Source of the DNA: Neocallimastix sp. 'constans'
Lineage: Eukaryota
Length of the DNA: 64,000 nucleotides
NCBI GenBank assembly: GCA_050613775.1
Contig: JBODTK010000013.1
Span: forward strand, 1,054,001 to 1,118,000
Direction: 5' to 3'
Within the stretch, counting starts at the first letter, position 1, and each line of letters starts with the position of its first letter. A model generated the notes under the pieces. The model saw only the letters and a list, made by a program, of their open reading frames with translations. It was not told the origin of the DNA and did not search any database. Positions 1 to 16,016 of the stretch are shown here, piece by piece. The translations under genes and the position numbers were made by a program.

Positions 1-751
1 TTGAACTTTTAAATTACTATATATAAATAATAAGTTCCAATAAATTTGATTATAGATAATAGTTTATATTAAAGTAAAAAAGAATTTTAAAATATTTTAA
101 TATTTTTGCAAATCTTAAAATATTATAAAAATTATTATGTAACACATGATTATGATGATATAATTATAATTTATATCATTTAGTATAATATACTTATTTC
201 TAATATATAATTATAATTATATAGTATAAATAGTTTTTTTTTTTTTTTTTTTAAATTAAAAAGAAATCCACAGGAAAAATTTAAATACAAAATAATAATA
301 ATAAATAATAAATAATAATAATAACTATTATTATTATTTATTATTATTATTTATTATTATTTATTATTTATTATTTATTATTTATTATTATTATTTATTA
401 TTATTATTTATTATTATTTATTTATTATTATTTATTATTTATTATTTATTATTATTATTTATTATTTATTTATTATTATTTATTATTTATTTATTATTTA
501 TTATTATTATTTATTTATTATTATTTATTATTATTTATTTATTATTATTATTTATTTATTATTATTTATTATTTATTATTTTATTATAATTTATTATTAT
601 TTATTATTATTTATTATTATGTATTATTTATTTATTATTATTTATTATTTATTATTTATTATTTATTATTTATTATTATTATTATTAATTAGTTATTTAT
701 AATTGATTATTTAATTATTTATCAGTTTTTAATTAAAAAGAACAAACAAAC

Positions 752-782
<31 letters not shown>

Positions 783-1567
783 ATTATTTTTTCATTTTGA
801 AATATGTTTATCAAAAGTTTTTCAAATTAAACTAAGCTAAAAAGTATTAAAAACAATTAATTATTTCTTTCTATCAATAATCTTTTTTCGATAAAGTAAA
901 AATATTACATTTATTATTACAGAATATTTTTTATTAATAATGATATTATTTTTTTTTTTTTTTTTTTTTTTTTGCTAAAATTTACATTTTAAAAATTTTC
1001 TTTTCTTCTTTTTCTCTTATTATATATATATATATATATAAATGAAATACTACAAAAAAAAAAAAAATATTTTTAAAGTAAAAATTTTATATTTATTATT
1101 ATAGTATATATATATATATATTTTTTTAATTATGATTATGATAGTTAAAAGTATAAATTTTACATTTATTAATATAGTATATTTTTTTAATTATGATTAT
1201 ATAGTTATAAGTAAAAATTTTATATTTATTATTATAGTGTATATATATTTATATTCTTTTTTTTCTTTTGATAGTTTTTTTTTTTTTTTTTTTTTTGAAA
1301 AAATTAACTTTTTAAAATTTATTTCTCTTTTCCTCTTTCTCTCTTATTACAAAACAAAAAGAATAAAAAGAAAACTACATATATAGAAAAAAAAAAAGAT
1401 TTTTGTAATATTATATTAGAATTAAAATATGAAATATGAAATACGAAATACGATAAAAAAAAAGGAAGATAAAATTCTATAAAATTTTTTTTAAACTAAA
1501 TTATATTGTATATTTTTGTTGTTGTTGCTACGAGAAGTATCAAATTTTCATTTTTAAAATTGAAAAC

Positions 1568-2637
1568 TTAATGGAATATATTTGAAGCATGGAAAGATAA
1601 ACCAAGTAGTTTAAATTTAACCAATTTAATTTTTAAACCATCCATATTAACACCACAATCCACATCAAGTGGTTCAATTTGATATTCCACAGTAGCATTA
1701 ATACCACTAAAACTCTCTTTAAATATCCCTTCTCTATCCTTTAAAATAACAAAAGGTAAATCTTCCATACGGCCATCATAATACTTTTCCGTGCATCCAT
1801 CAAGAGAACTGTAATTTGGAAATTCAATATAAATCTTTGGTGTTCGACTAACATCATATAAAAGCCACTCTTTATCATTCTTATATCTATCAGACCATGG
1901 TATATAACCTAATGATCTTGGAATCCATAAACCAATGGCATTTTCAGATGGTTCAATGAAATTGAAATAAGCGCTGTCATAATCAGGAACCTCCTTTAAA
2001 TCATTGGAATTGAAATACATACTTTTAAAAAAAAATAATTTTTTTATTATTATAAAATAAATTTATATATATATATTTATATGTTATAAAATAAAATATT
2101 ATAAAATAAAATATTAATATATATAATATAATATTGAATATATATATTAATAATAGAAAATTTTTTAATAATTTGATATATTACCATGTAATCCATTGTT
2201 CATTATTTAATGAAACCAAAAATTTTCCATATATCCTTATAATATTAAAAAAAATATTTCAATTATAATAATAATAATAATAATAATAAAATAAAAAGGT
2301 ATAAAAAAATTAAATAATATTACAAAAATGAATTTTAATTTCATTATTTTAAAATAAAATAATACATAATTTTATAAACATAAAATTATAATTATTGCTA
2401 TGAATTATAGTAGTTTATTAATTATAATTATATTTACCTACAAAGTGTAGGACTTTCTTTAGAATTCATAGCAATTCTCTTTTTTAATTCTACTCTTGAA
2501 TATCTATGCCAACATTTAGAACTTGTTTGTTGAATCCAGAGATCACGTGAATTAACATGTTTAAATATAGATGTCCAAATTTCATATGGAACTTTATCAA
2601 TTTGATATGAAGATTTTTGAACTGATAATTCAACCAT
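1568..2637 (-). CDS. F-box domain protein, 3 exons: 2637-2438, 2235-2185, 2021-1568 (234 aa)
   Basis: Exon 1 has an F-box-like motif (IDKVPYEIWTSIFKHVNSRDLW...SKCWHRY). GTAAAT donor at 2437, TAAG acceptor at 2236, GTAATA donor at 2184, AAAG acceptor at 2022. The phases join ORFs 2434-2637 and 1568-2020 through a 51-nt middle exon (IYGKFLVSLNNEQWIT) into one 705-nt frame. Confidence 0.8.
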
Positions 2638-4149
2638 TTTTTTTTTTTTTTTTTTTTTTTTTATATATTTATATATATATAAAATAAACTTTATTATATT
2701 ATATTAAATTATATTGCTAGACTGTTATATTATTCAAAGTAAGTGAAATCAATGATTTTCAAAATAATTTGAATTCTATTTTATATTAAAAAAAAAAAAA
2801 AATTGAAATCTTTTTAACAATGAAAAAATTAAATTGACGACTTAATAAAGATTATCCAATTTGTATTTTTTTTTTTTTTTTTTTGATTATTATTAATATT
2901 ATTATTCCCGTACTACTATTTTTTTTTTATTTGGATATTTATTATTTTTTTTTGATAATTAATATTAACTTTTTTTTTTAATAGCCCGTATCAAAAAATA
3001 TATATATTTTTTATTGATATCTTATTATTTTACTAATTGAGGAAAGGAATTAATAATATTAATATTAACCTATAAAAGAAATGAAAAATAAAAAAAAAAA
3101 AAGGAGAAATGAATAAGAATAAGAAATAATAATAAAGAACAATAAGATTAAGAGAAAAAGAGGTTATAGTAATTAAATAATTAAAAAAGAAAACTTATAT
3201 AATATTATGTGCTAATGATAAAAAGTGAAAAAAAAAAAAAAATAAAAAAAAAAAAAAAAATATGGGAAAAAATTTATATATAAATATTTAATCAATAAAT
3301 CTAATAAATATTTAGATATCAATAATTTTTTATTGATTAAAATTTAATAGATTATAATTAAATCTAAATAATTAAATCAATATAACATTTTACAATTATT
3401 TTGAATATTAAATAAAAAATGTATTAATATTGGGAATACATTTTTTTATTATTATTTTATTGAATAGTAATATTGTTATAATAACGATTAAAGATTTTAA
3501 TATTAATAAATATTATATATTGATTAATTATCAATGATTAATTGTTAAAATACAATAAAAAGAAAACTGAAGTTAAAAATTCTCAGAAAGGAGTAACCCC
3601 CTGAAATTCTTTTTAAATACATAATATAAATTAGCATGAAAAAAAATAAAAAAAATGAAAAATAAAGAATTAAAATAAATAACATTTTTTTATTCTTTTT
3701 TTATTAAAATCTCTAATTGTTTAATAATTAATTATTTATTTAATTAATAAAAATTAATTAAACTTTTCTTTTTTAATTTTGGTGATGATAAAACTACAAA
3801 AATTTATTAATGATTAAAGTTTTATAAGAATTCTTATTTCGTATAATCAATCTCCATTTCCATTGGACAAATTACAACATTTAATATTGTTTAACACAAC
3901 AAATAATATGTGAAAATGATTGAAATCAATTAGTAACAATATTAATCTGATATATAATAATTAAAAAATAATATATGGATAGATAATTACAAAACAGAAA
4001 AAAATATATTCTAATAAAAAGTAATATATTTTAGTATTATAACTATTAATATATTTAATTTTAAATATTATTCTATTAATTACTATCTGTAACACAAAAA
4101 ACAAATTATTAAATTAATAAAATAAATAAATATTCTTTTGTTGATTAAT

Positions 4150-4630
4150 TACCATTATTTATTATTTATAATTTACTATTTATTATTAATTATTTATTAT
4201 TTATTATTTATTATTTATTATTTATTATTTATTATTTATTATTTATTATTTATTATTTATTATTTATTATTTATTATTTATTATTTATTATTTATTATTT
4301 ATTATTTATTATTTATTATTTATTATTTATTATTTATTATTTATTATTTATTATTTATTATTTATTATTTATTATTTATTATTTATTATTTATTATTTAT
4401 TATTTATTATTTATTATTTATTATTTATTATTTATTATTTATTATTTATTATATATTATTTATTATTTATTTATTATTCTTTATTCTTTATTATTTATTA
4501 TTGATTTATTATTTATTATTTATTATTTATTATTTATTATTTATTATTTATTATTTATTATTTATTATTTATTATTTATTATTTATTATTATTTATTTAT
4601 TATTTATTATTTATATTTATTTATTTATTA
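4150..4630. repeat. (ATTATTT)n heptamer microsatellite
   Basis: Read directly; produces the spurious FIIYYLL ORF. The same unit recurs at about 330-690, 19665-20120, 21235-21470 and 42170-42465. Confidence 0.95.
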
Positions 4631-5513
4631 TTTAATTATATAATTATTTTCTCTTTATTATTTATTTATTTATAATTTTATATTTAATTTATAAATGAAA
4701 ATTTTAAAAATTTAAAAAATTTTAAAAAGAGGATTAATTAATATATAAAATCTTGAATTTTAAATATTAATTATATAATTCTTTAAATGAAATATTTTTA
4801 ATTTTATTAAAATTAAAAAAATAATATATATATATATATTCTATTTTTTTTCCCCTAAAATGTCTTTTTAAGTAAAATACATTATTACTATTAATATTTT
4901 ATTATTAATATTTTATTATTATTAATATTTTTTTATTATTACACGAATTCTTAAATAATTTAAAAACAAATGAATGCATGAACTTTTCTTTTTTGATTAT
5001 AAAAATCAAGTTAATAAAAATTATAATATGATAAAAATAATTTGACTTATTAGTTATACTTTAATCTAAATATAATCAAGTTTTAAATTTATTATATAAA
5101 TATTATTATTAAAATAACATAAAAATATATATTTTTTATATTAGTTTATTGAAATTGTTACTAAAGCTCCTTCTTTTTTTTTTTTTTTTCTTTATTTTTA
5201 TAATAATAGATAATTCTTATAGTAGTATGATGTTATGTATATATTCAAAATAAACATCTTTCAATTTATTTAATATAAAAATTCTCTTAATAATTATTTA
5301 ATTTTATTTATTACTATTTAAAATATATTTTTTTATTACAATAATCATTATTATCATCATCACAATAATTATAATTTTTATTGTTGTTATTACTATTTAT
5401 TTATTTTTACTAATTTGGTGTCATAAAATTGTTTTAATCCTTATAATTAAAAGGATTAATATATATATATTAAAAAAATTTTTATTGCTGATTCGTTTTA
5501 TTATTGATTAAAT

Positions 5514-5548
<35 letters not shown>

Positions 5549-5693
5549 TATTATTTTGATGGCTAATATTAAACTATAAATCTTAATTATTTAATATATA
5601 AATTTTTTAAAACAGACTTAAATTTTAATCAACTAGTAAAAAATAAAAATAAAAATAAAAATAAAAATATTTTAGTTTTTAAGATATATATAT

Positions 5694-5729
<36 letters not shown>

Positions 5730-5807
5730 CGATAATACTAAAATATTTATTATATAAAATAATTTTTAATTTGAAAAACTTCAAATTTATTTTATTTATA
5801 ATAACTT

Positions 5808-5846
<39 letters not shown>

Positions 5847-6293
5847 TTAAAACTAAAAAAAAAAAGATTAAAACTAAAAAAAAAAAAATAAAATAAAATA
5901 AAATAAAAAATAATAATAATAAAAAAAAGATTAAAACTAAAAAAAAAATAAAAATAAATAAAATAAAAAATAATAATAAAAAATTTACTTAACATTCGAA
6001 TAAATATATATATATATATATATATAATATTGTATATCAAATGTTAAAATGATTATTTTAAAATAATAAAATTTAATTTTTTATAAATTTTATGATATAC
6101 TTTTACTATTCTTTTTATTTTTAAACTTTACATTTTAATTTATTTATTTGTTATTTATACAAATATTATTTAGTCAAATTTAATTATATATAGTTAAAAG
6201 TAAGACTTTTATGAACTTAATTTATTTATATATCATTTGACTTTTATGAATTTCTTTCAATTATTTTTATATTTATTTATATATCATTTGACT

Positions 6294-6947
6294 TTAATGA
6301 ACTTCTTTCAATATTTTATATCCTTCACCTAAAATTTCAAGTGGCTTTTTATTGTTTTTGTTAGTTATTTTAAAATCAGCATTATGATCAATTAGATATT
6401 TAAATAATTTTATATTGCCTGAAATGGATGATAAATGTAAGACTGTATTTCCTTTGTTATTTTGCACATTAATAATATTTTTATTATTTTCAATTAAATA
6501 AGCAATTAAATCATAATTGTTATAATGGCATGCATGTACTAATGGAGTATTACCATCGGAATCCTTTACTAAAATTTTTGCACCTATTTTGATCAAACGA
6601 AAAGCAATAGCTGTTTTATTGTATTTGCATGCAATAATTAAGGGTAAATTGCCGTTATGATCAGATTTATTAATTTCTTCACATTGGACAGTATTCATTG
6701 ACAATGTATCAAATATTGGATTTAAGTATTCTTCTTTTTCATCTATAATAAATTTATTAATACAGGAGGATGTAATTTTACAATAATGTTTTATACATAA
6801 TTTAAAAGCTCTTTCGTCAAGTAAATTTTTTTCGTAGAGATAATATAAAATGTCTTTTGGGTGTCCACATAATTTAATAAGTCTTTCATAATCTTCATTT
6901 ATAATAACATTAATAATATCTTTATCAAGAACCTCATCAAGAACCAT
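6294..6947 (-). CDS. Ankyrin-repeat protein (about 3 repeats); an extra 5' exon is possible
   Basis: Ankyrin motifs NGNLPLIIACKYNK, DGNTPLVHACHYNN and KGNTVLHLSSISGN...LIDHNADFKITN in a 217-aa ORF. Confidence 0.85.
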   Translation of the reverse strand: MVLDEVLDKDIINVIINEDYERLIKLCGHPKDILYYLYEKNLLDERAFKLCIKHYCKITSSCINKFIIDEKEEYLNPIFDTLSMNTVQCEEINKSDHNGNLPLIIACKYNKTAIAFRLIKIGAKILVKDSDGNTPLVHACHYNNYDLIAYLIENNKNIINVQNNKGNTVLHLSSISGNIKLFKYLIDHNADFKITNKNNKKPLEILGEGYKILKEVH

Positions 6948-7914
6948 TATTTTTTTATTTAATAGATCTACTCCAAAAAAATATATATTAAAATAAAAAT
7001 AACAATATATAAAATAAGTTATTTAGGAATAAATTAAGAATAGGAAAAAAAAATAATAATATTAATTTATATATATTAATATATAATATAAAATAAATAA
7101 AAAAAAAATTACTTAAATTTTATAATTAATATTATTATTAATTGAAAAGTTTCCTTTATTTTTAAAAAAATAAAAAACCTTAAATATAAAATAATTCTAT
7201 TTTATATTTTATATTTTATATTTTATATTTTATTTTTTATTTTATTTTTATTTTATATTTTATTTTTATTAATGTTTTTATTTATTTTTTTTTTTTTTAA
7301 TTTTTTTCATTTATTTTTTTTTTTTAATTTTTTTCATTTAAGATTTTTTTTTTTATTTTCCTTTTTCAAAATGAGAAATAATAACAGTAATAAAATTATA
7401 AAATAATAGAACGCACAAATAAAAAAAAAAAAAAAAAAAAAAAAAAAAGAAAATTTTTTGATATTTATATTATTTTATATTGTTGAAATTATAACATTAC
7501 AACAATACTAATTAGTTTTATATTTGGTTTCCTTTTAAACATTTAATAAATTTATATTAACAGTTTAAAAATAGAAATAATTTTCATTGATAAAAGAATG
7601 GTATTTTAAAATTTATGTATTTATATTAATAATTTACAATGATATTTATATATATATGGATAATTTTTAATGATAATTAATAAAATAATATGATATTAAT
7701 ATATATAATCATAAATTATGTGTTAATTTTATAATCCAAAATGATATTAATCTATTTTATATCTTTTTTAAATTTCTTTTTTTTTATATCCTCTTTTTTC
7801 TTATTTTATAATATAAAATAATATTTATTTATTTTTTTTATATTTCTTTTTTTTTTTTTTTATATCCTTTTTTATTCTTATTTAATAATATAAAATAATA
7901 TTAATTTTATTATA

Positions 7915-7955
<41 letters not shown>

Positions 7956-8166
7956 TAGAATCATAATTCATAAATATTTATAGAAATTAAAAAAATATAT
8001 ATATAAATATAGGGTTATTATTTAATTTTATAATAAATTAATATGTTATTATATTCTTAAATAGAATAAAAACATACAAAGAATAGAATTATTTGTTTTA
8101 TATTTAAGATTTTGAATAAAAATTTATTATTTTAAAATGATAAATATACAGAAATTAAATTATCAA

Positions 8167-8222
<56 letters not shown>

Positions 8223-8269
8223 AATAATGAATATATTCATATAATTACATAAATTCAAATTTATTGTTG

Positions 8270-9419
8270 ATATTTAATAATAATAATAATAATATATTAA
8301 TTTAAAAATAGCTATAATTATAATTGAAACAAAGGATAATTACGATTGATTTTAAAAATATGTAATAGCTAAAGCTGAAGTTCATGATAAATAATAATAA
8401 TAATAATAATAATAAAATAGTACTACTATTTTATTTATTTTCCATTATTAAGAGTTTTTTTCTTTTATTGATATTTTAATACTTTTAATTAAAAAAAAAA
8501 TTGATTTTCATATAATTTATACAAAGTTATATCATATTTTATTTATATATTAAAATAATAAATAATTAGAGAAAGTTTAAAAAAAAAGGTTTTAATATAC
8601 AAAAAATGATTAATAATCTTTATTAATTATTGTAAATAATAATATCTAATTATAAAAATAAACTATTGTTGAAGTTTGTAATAAATGATAATAATAAAGT
8701 ATTACTTTAAAAATATCTTCTATTATTATTTATTATTAATATTAATATTATTATTATTATTATTATTATTAAAAGATTTTTCTTTTATCATTATTTATAT
8801 ACCTTTAATTAAAAAGAAAAAGAAGATTTTTCGTATAATTTATATAGTAAATTAAAAAATTTAAAAATAAAAACATATTAAATAAATAATATAATATTTT
8901 ATAATGATAATTATTTAATCAATGTTTTTTTTTTAATATATATGTGTAATTTTTAATTAATGAACTATTGGAAGATAAATTTATCACTAATTTAATTATT
9001 AAAAGATTTTATGTAATTAAAAGTATGTTATTAAATTTATAATATAAATGATATATCTTAAAACGAAATTAAATGATTAAAAATATTATTCTAAAAACTT
9101 TTCACAACAAAAATAATACATGTTATTATATTAATTATTTATTTATAAATATTTAAAAAAAATTGATATACATTTCAATCTCAAATAATACAAATAATAC
9201 CAGATTAATTAAATAAAATTTTTAATAATATTTAAAAAAAAAAAAAAAAGTTGGAATTAAATTATTAGAGAATGTCAAAAAAAAAGATATTTTAATATAC
9301 AAAAAATGATTAATGATATTTATTAATTATTGTAAATAATAATAATAATAATAATTGATTTTAAAAATAAACCTAATTATTGTTGATGTTTACTTTAAAA
9401 ATACCTTCTATTATTATTT

Positions 9420-9454
<35 letters not shown>

Positions 9455-11420
9455 GTAGTAGTAGTAGTATTTTTAAAATATTTTTCTTTTATTATTATTT
9501 ATATACCTTTTATTAAAAAGAAGAAGAAGATTTTTCGTATAATTTATATAGTAAATTAAAAGAAAAAGAAGATTTTTCGTATAATTTATATAGTAAATTA
9601 AAAAGTATTAAAAATAAAAATATATTAAATAAATAAATAATATAAAATTTTATAATTATAATTATGTAACATATTTATGTTTTTTTTTTATTATAAATAG
9701 TTTGAAGTGTAATTTTTAATTACTGAACTATTGGAAGATAAATTTATCACTAATTTTATTATTAAAAGATTTTATTTAATTAAAACTATATTATTAAATT
9801 TATAACAAATGATATATATATAAAAAACGAAATAAAATGATTAAAAATATTATTCTAAATAACACTAGTAAAAACCTTTCAGCACAAAAATAATACATGT
9901 TATTATATTAATTATTTAATTATAAATATTTAAAAAAAAATTGATATACATTTCAATCTCAAATAATACAAATAATACCAGATTAATTAAATAAAATTTT
10001 TAATATTATTAAAAAAAAAAAAGGTTGAAATTAAATAATTAGAAAATGTCAAAAAAAAAGATATTTTAATATACAAAAAATGATTAATGATATTTATTAA
10101 TTATTGTAAATAATAATAATAATAATTGATTTTTAAAAATAAACCTAATTATTATTGATGTTTGTAATAAATGATAATAATAAAGTATTACTTTAAAAAT
10201 ATCTTCTATTATTATTTATTTGTTATTATTATTATTATTATTAGTAGTATTTTTAAAATATTTTTCTTTTATTATTATTTATATACCTTTTATTAAAAAG
10301 AAAAAGAAGATTTTTCGTATAATTTATATAATAAATTAAAAAGTATAAAAATAAAACCATATTAAATAAATAAATAATATAAAATTTAATAATTATAATT
10401 ATGTAACATATTTATGTTTTTTTTTATTATAAATAGTTTGAAGTGTAATTTTTAATTACTGAACTATTGGAAGATAAATTTATCACTAATTTAATTATTA
10501 AAAGATTTTATTTAATTAAAACTATATTATTAAATTTATAACAAATGATATATATATAAAAAACGAAATAAAATGATTAAAAAAATTATTCTAAACTACA
10601 CTAGTAAAAACCTTTCACAACAAAAATAATACATGTTATTATATTAATTATTTAATTATAAATATTTAAAAAAAAATTGATATTTATTTCAATCTCAAAT
10701 AATACAAATAATACCAGATTAATTAAAATTTTTAATATTATTAAAAAAAAAAAGGTTGAAATTAAATAATTAGAAAATGTCAAAAAAAAAAAAGATATTT
10801 TAATATACAAAATATGATTAATGATATTTATTAATTATTGTAAATAATAATAATAATAATAATAATAATAATTGATTTTAAAAATAAACCTAATTATTGT
10901 TGATGTTTGTAATAAATGATAATAATAAAGTATTACTTTAAAAATATCTTCTATTATTATTTATTTGTTATTATTATTATTATTAGTAGTAGTATTTTTA
11001 AAATATTTTTCTTTTATTATTATTTATATACCTTTTATTAAAAAGAAAAAGAAGATTTTTCGTATAATTTATATAATAAATTAAAAAGTATAAAAATAAA
11101 AACATATTAAATAAATAATATAATATTTTATAATTGTAATTATTTAAGCAATGTCTTTTTTAATATATATGTATAAAATAAAATGAAATGTAATTTTTAA
11201 TTACTGAACTATTGGAAGAATAAATTTATCACTAATTTAATTATTAATTAAAAGATTTATGTAATTAAAATTGTGTTATTAAATTTATAACAAATAATAT
11301 ATCTTAAAAACGAAATTAAATGATTGAAAGTATTATTATAAACTACAACTGTAAAAGCTTTTTACTATATAATGATACATGTTAAAATATTAACTATAAA
11401 TACAAATAAAATATACCAGA
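8270..11420. repeat. Tandem array, ~730-775 bp unit, about 4 copies plus a degenerate partial copy
   Basis: Landmark GAACTATTGGAAGA at ~8962, 9725, 10461 and 11206; ATACCAGA at ~9197, 9975, 10711 and 11413; AATATACAAAA at ~8594, 9294, 10068 and 10802. Confidence 0.9.
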
Positions 11421-11549
11421 ATTAATAATAATTAAACTAGTTAATATTTTATTTATGTAGTAAAAAGCTTTTACAGTTGTAGTTTATAATAATACTTTCA
11501 ATCATTTAATTTCGTTTTTAAGATATATTATTTGTTATAAATTTAATAA
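11276..11549. repeat. Fold-back inverted repeat with 92-bp arms (11276-11367 and 11458-11549)
   Basis: Right arm is the reverse complement of the left arm. An inner 14-bp pair (11383-11396 and 11438-11451) extends the hairpin. Confidence 0.9.
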
Positions 11550-12039
11550 TTTATTATTGATATTAAAATATATATTAAATCTTTAAGTTGAAATCAATAT
11601 TGCTGCTCTTTTGAATTAAATATGTAAATATATATATATAAATATTTATATATTATAATGATTAAAATTATTAAATCATAATACCAAGAATATCATAAAT
11701 TTTTAATTAATTAAATTTTTTTTTTCCTTTTCTTTAATTTTGACAGTAATCTTAAATATAATTTTATATTGTTGTAGAAAATTAAAAACTTTTTTTTTTT
11801 TTTAAATTTAAAGAGTTATTGATTTTCTTATTAATTATTAATATTGTATCGAAATTTCTCAAATGTAATTTAAATATTTTTTAAAATTTTTTAATTATAT
11901 TAAATATCTTTTATTAAATTAAATTAATAATAAATTAACATTCAATAATTTAATGTTACACAAAACTTTTTTTAGTATTTATAATAAATAAAACAAAATA
12001 ATTAAAAAAAAAAAAAAAATAACACAATTTTAAATTAGA

Positions 12040-13470
12040 AAGGCATGTTCCTACTGGTTAAAAATTTAAAGAAAGAGTTAACCGTATACTTTATTTTACT
12101 GTTCATCTTTGCAATAATAGGCTCTAATTTCAAAGGATTCATTGAAAGGTATTCCAAGATATGTATATTGACTAGTGCTCTGTAGATGGTTCATATCAAG
12201 TTTTAATGTAGGATTTTTATAAATGTCTTAAAGATATAAAGTTCTTTTGCTTACAAGTGTATAGTATATACTAACTCCAAAGGTCATTTCATTTTTTAAC
12301 ATAACAATCATGGACTTTATTTAAAAGGTTTTTAAGAGAAGATTTTGTCTGGTCGAACAAATTAATATCATCAGTAAATAGGCCGTCACAACACATTTTT
12401 TATTTCAGTAAGAAAAGCAATAAAGGTAAATTGATTATTAAATTTTCTTCTTTGTCAAATTTCACAAATTGAGACAAAATAAACCGATATATTATTCTTT
12501 ATTTTATAAAACCAAGCAATTCTGATTTAATAATTCCATGAGAAAAAGCAGTGTACGAAATTCTTTTAGTAACAATTTTTGACAAAATTTTTAAATCCTC
12601 TATTGATGAATGAAATACCACAGTAATTATTACAATCTGAAAGATCCCCCTTTCTTAGGAATGAAAACGATAGACTCAGAATTCCGAATTCCATTCATCA
12701 GGGAAGTCCACCATCCAAAATTTTATAAAAATAATAAAAATAGACATTTTTTCACAATTGAAATAAGTAACTTCGATCTTCTTGAGCTATTAGAACATCA
12801 TCTTCGTAATCTTTAATGTACACTAGTAGCTTGGAAGAAGGGTAAGAAGGATTAGATATTTTCATAAGTACAGACGATATCAATGGGGGTCATTTTTTAA
12901 AATGCATTCGCCAATAGAAATGAATTAAATTTTTAAATCTAATTATACTAATATTACTCTTAATACTTTTGATATAATCAGAAATAACCCCGTATTCTTT
13001 GGAAAGATCATCAGAATTTTTGAAGATTAGACATATCACATTTAAGTTTAAAATTTTTAATTCTTTTATAAAATAAATGCTTTTCATGAGACAATTTCTT
13101 AAATGTAATCAGGGCAATGGAATGCTGAACCCTGTAGATTTTATGGAACTTCTTTTCTTGAATTTCATCACCTACTTCATTGGCTGAACCAAGAATTTTT
13201 TTTACCATTACGTTAGAGTCCAGATTATCATAATATTCAAATTTATCAGGTAAAAATATAAATTTTATTATAAGAAAAAACTACGTCAGGTTTTATTCCT
13301 ACAAATTAGTAAAACCATCAGAAAATGATTTTTTTTTTTTTTTTTTTTACAAGAAAGAATAAGTGGCAAATGGTCAGAGATATCATTAAAAGAGTTAAAT
13401 ACAAAAATAATATTCAGAAAGTCTCTTAGTTTACCATTAAACACCCTAAGAATAGATTAGATTGAAATCG
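12040..13470 (-). mobile_element. Degenerate non-LTR retrotransposon (LINE): end of APE endonuclease plus reverse transcriptase
   Basis: Minus-strand fragments with stops and frameshifts: FNDISDHLPL (APE SDH motif, ~13390-13361), FPDEWN...IPKKGDLSDCNNYCGIS (~12710-12612), CCDGLFTDDIN (F/YADD, ~12393-12361), QYTYLGIPF (~12170-12144). Confidence 0.85.
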
Positions 13471-13524
13471 TTATATTTAAGATAATATATATTATATTAT
13501 TTATAATAAATTTAATATTACCAT

Positions 13525-13561
<37 letters not shown>

Positions 13562-13813
13562 AACAGCAGCAAACTTGTTTCATCTTTATTAATTAAATAT
13601 ATGATAAAATACATGTAATAAAAAGAAAAAAAAAAAAAAAAGATAAAAAATAAACAAAAAAAAAAAAAAAAAAAAAAAAAAAACACAAAATAAAATAAAA
13701 TAATAGTATAATATATTCTAGTTTCATTTAATTAATATCAGTAAGACTTCACAAGGGCATTATTATACTAATGTATAATAATTAATTTTGACTTCACAAT
13801 GTTGATCATAATT

Positions 13814-15200
<1,387 letters not shown>

Positions 15201-15385
15201 ATATAAAAATAAATATAAAAATAAAATAAGAATAAAAGAAATGAAACAAAATAAAAAACAAAAGCTTGATTTATTAAATTTTGTTCTATGATATAAATAT
15301 AAAAATAATTATTAATTATAATATAATTTGATTTTTTTATTTATTTTTATTTTTATAATTTTTGTTATGTTTTTATTCTTTGTTT

Positions 15386-15430
<45 letters not shown>

Positions 15431-15814
15431 CTTGGTATTAAAGAAGATAATAATAAATAAATGAAATATTAATATATATATACATATAATTATTATAAAT
15501 AATTAATTATCGATTTTTAAAATGAATAATAATAATAATACAAAAAATAAAATAAAAAATAAAAATAAATTTGATTTATTTTTTTATTTTTCTTTTTAAT
15601 TATTATGAGTAATTTTTTTTCTTTTTTTTTTTAATATTTATATGTATTTTTTTAAAATAAATTATTTTAAATTTTTATCTTTAAAATTATTTTTAAATAA
15701 TATTTATTAATATAAATTATTGAATTTATATTTATTATTACATTTATTATTAGTTAATATCATTAAATAAAAAAATTATTAGTTTTCAATTTTTCTTTAC
15801 TAAATAAATAAATG

Positions 15815-15847
<33 letters not shown>

Positions 15848-15949
15848 AAAAATAAAAATAACAAAAGAAAAAAAAAAAAAAAAAAAAAAAAAGAAAGAAA
15901 TAATAAAATAAAAAAAAAATGAAAAAAAAAAAATAATTATGTTTTCTTT

Positions 15950-15985
<36 letters not shown>

Positions 15986-16016
15986 ATTTAATAATGATTA
16001 AAATTCGTAGTATTGT

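Noticed and set aside
2543..2550. TCACGTGA E-box/CLEAR-like site for the bHLH factor
   Set aside because: Single occurrence inside a coding exon; no support for a regulatory role.
4138..4635. Hydrophobic FIIYYLL-type ORFs (also 19638, 21231, 31979, 31990, 60089, 63004, 63282, 1132, 5807, 13501)
   Set aside because: Translations of (ATTATTT)n, TTTA or poly-T tracts that lack stops in one frame; no coding complexity.
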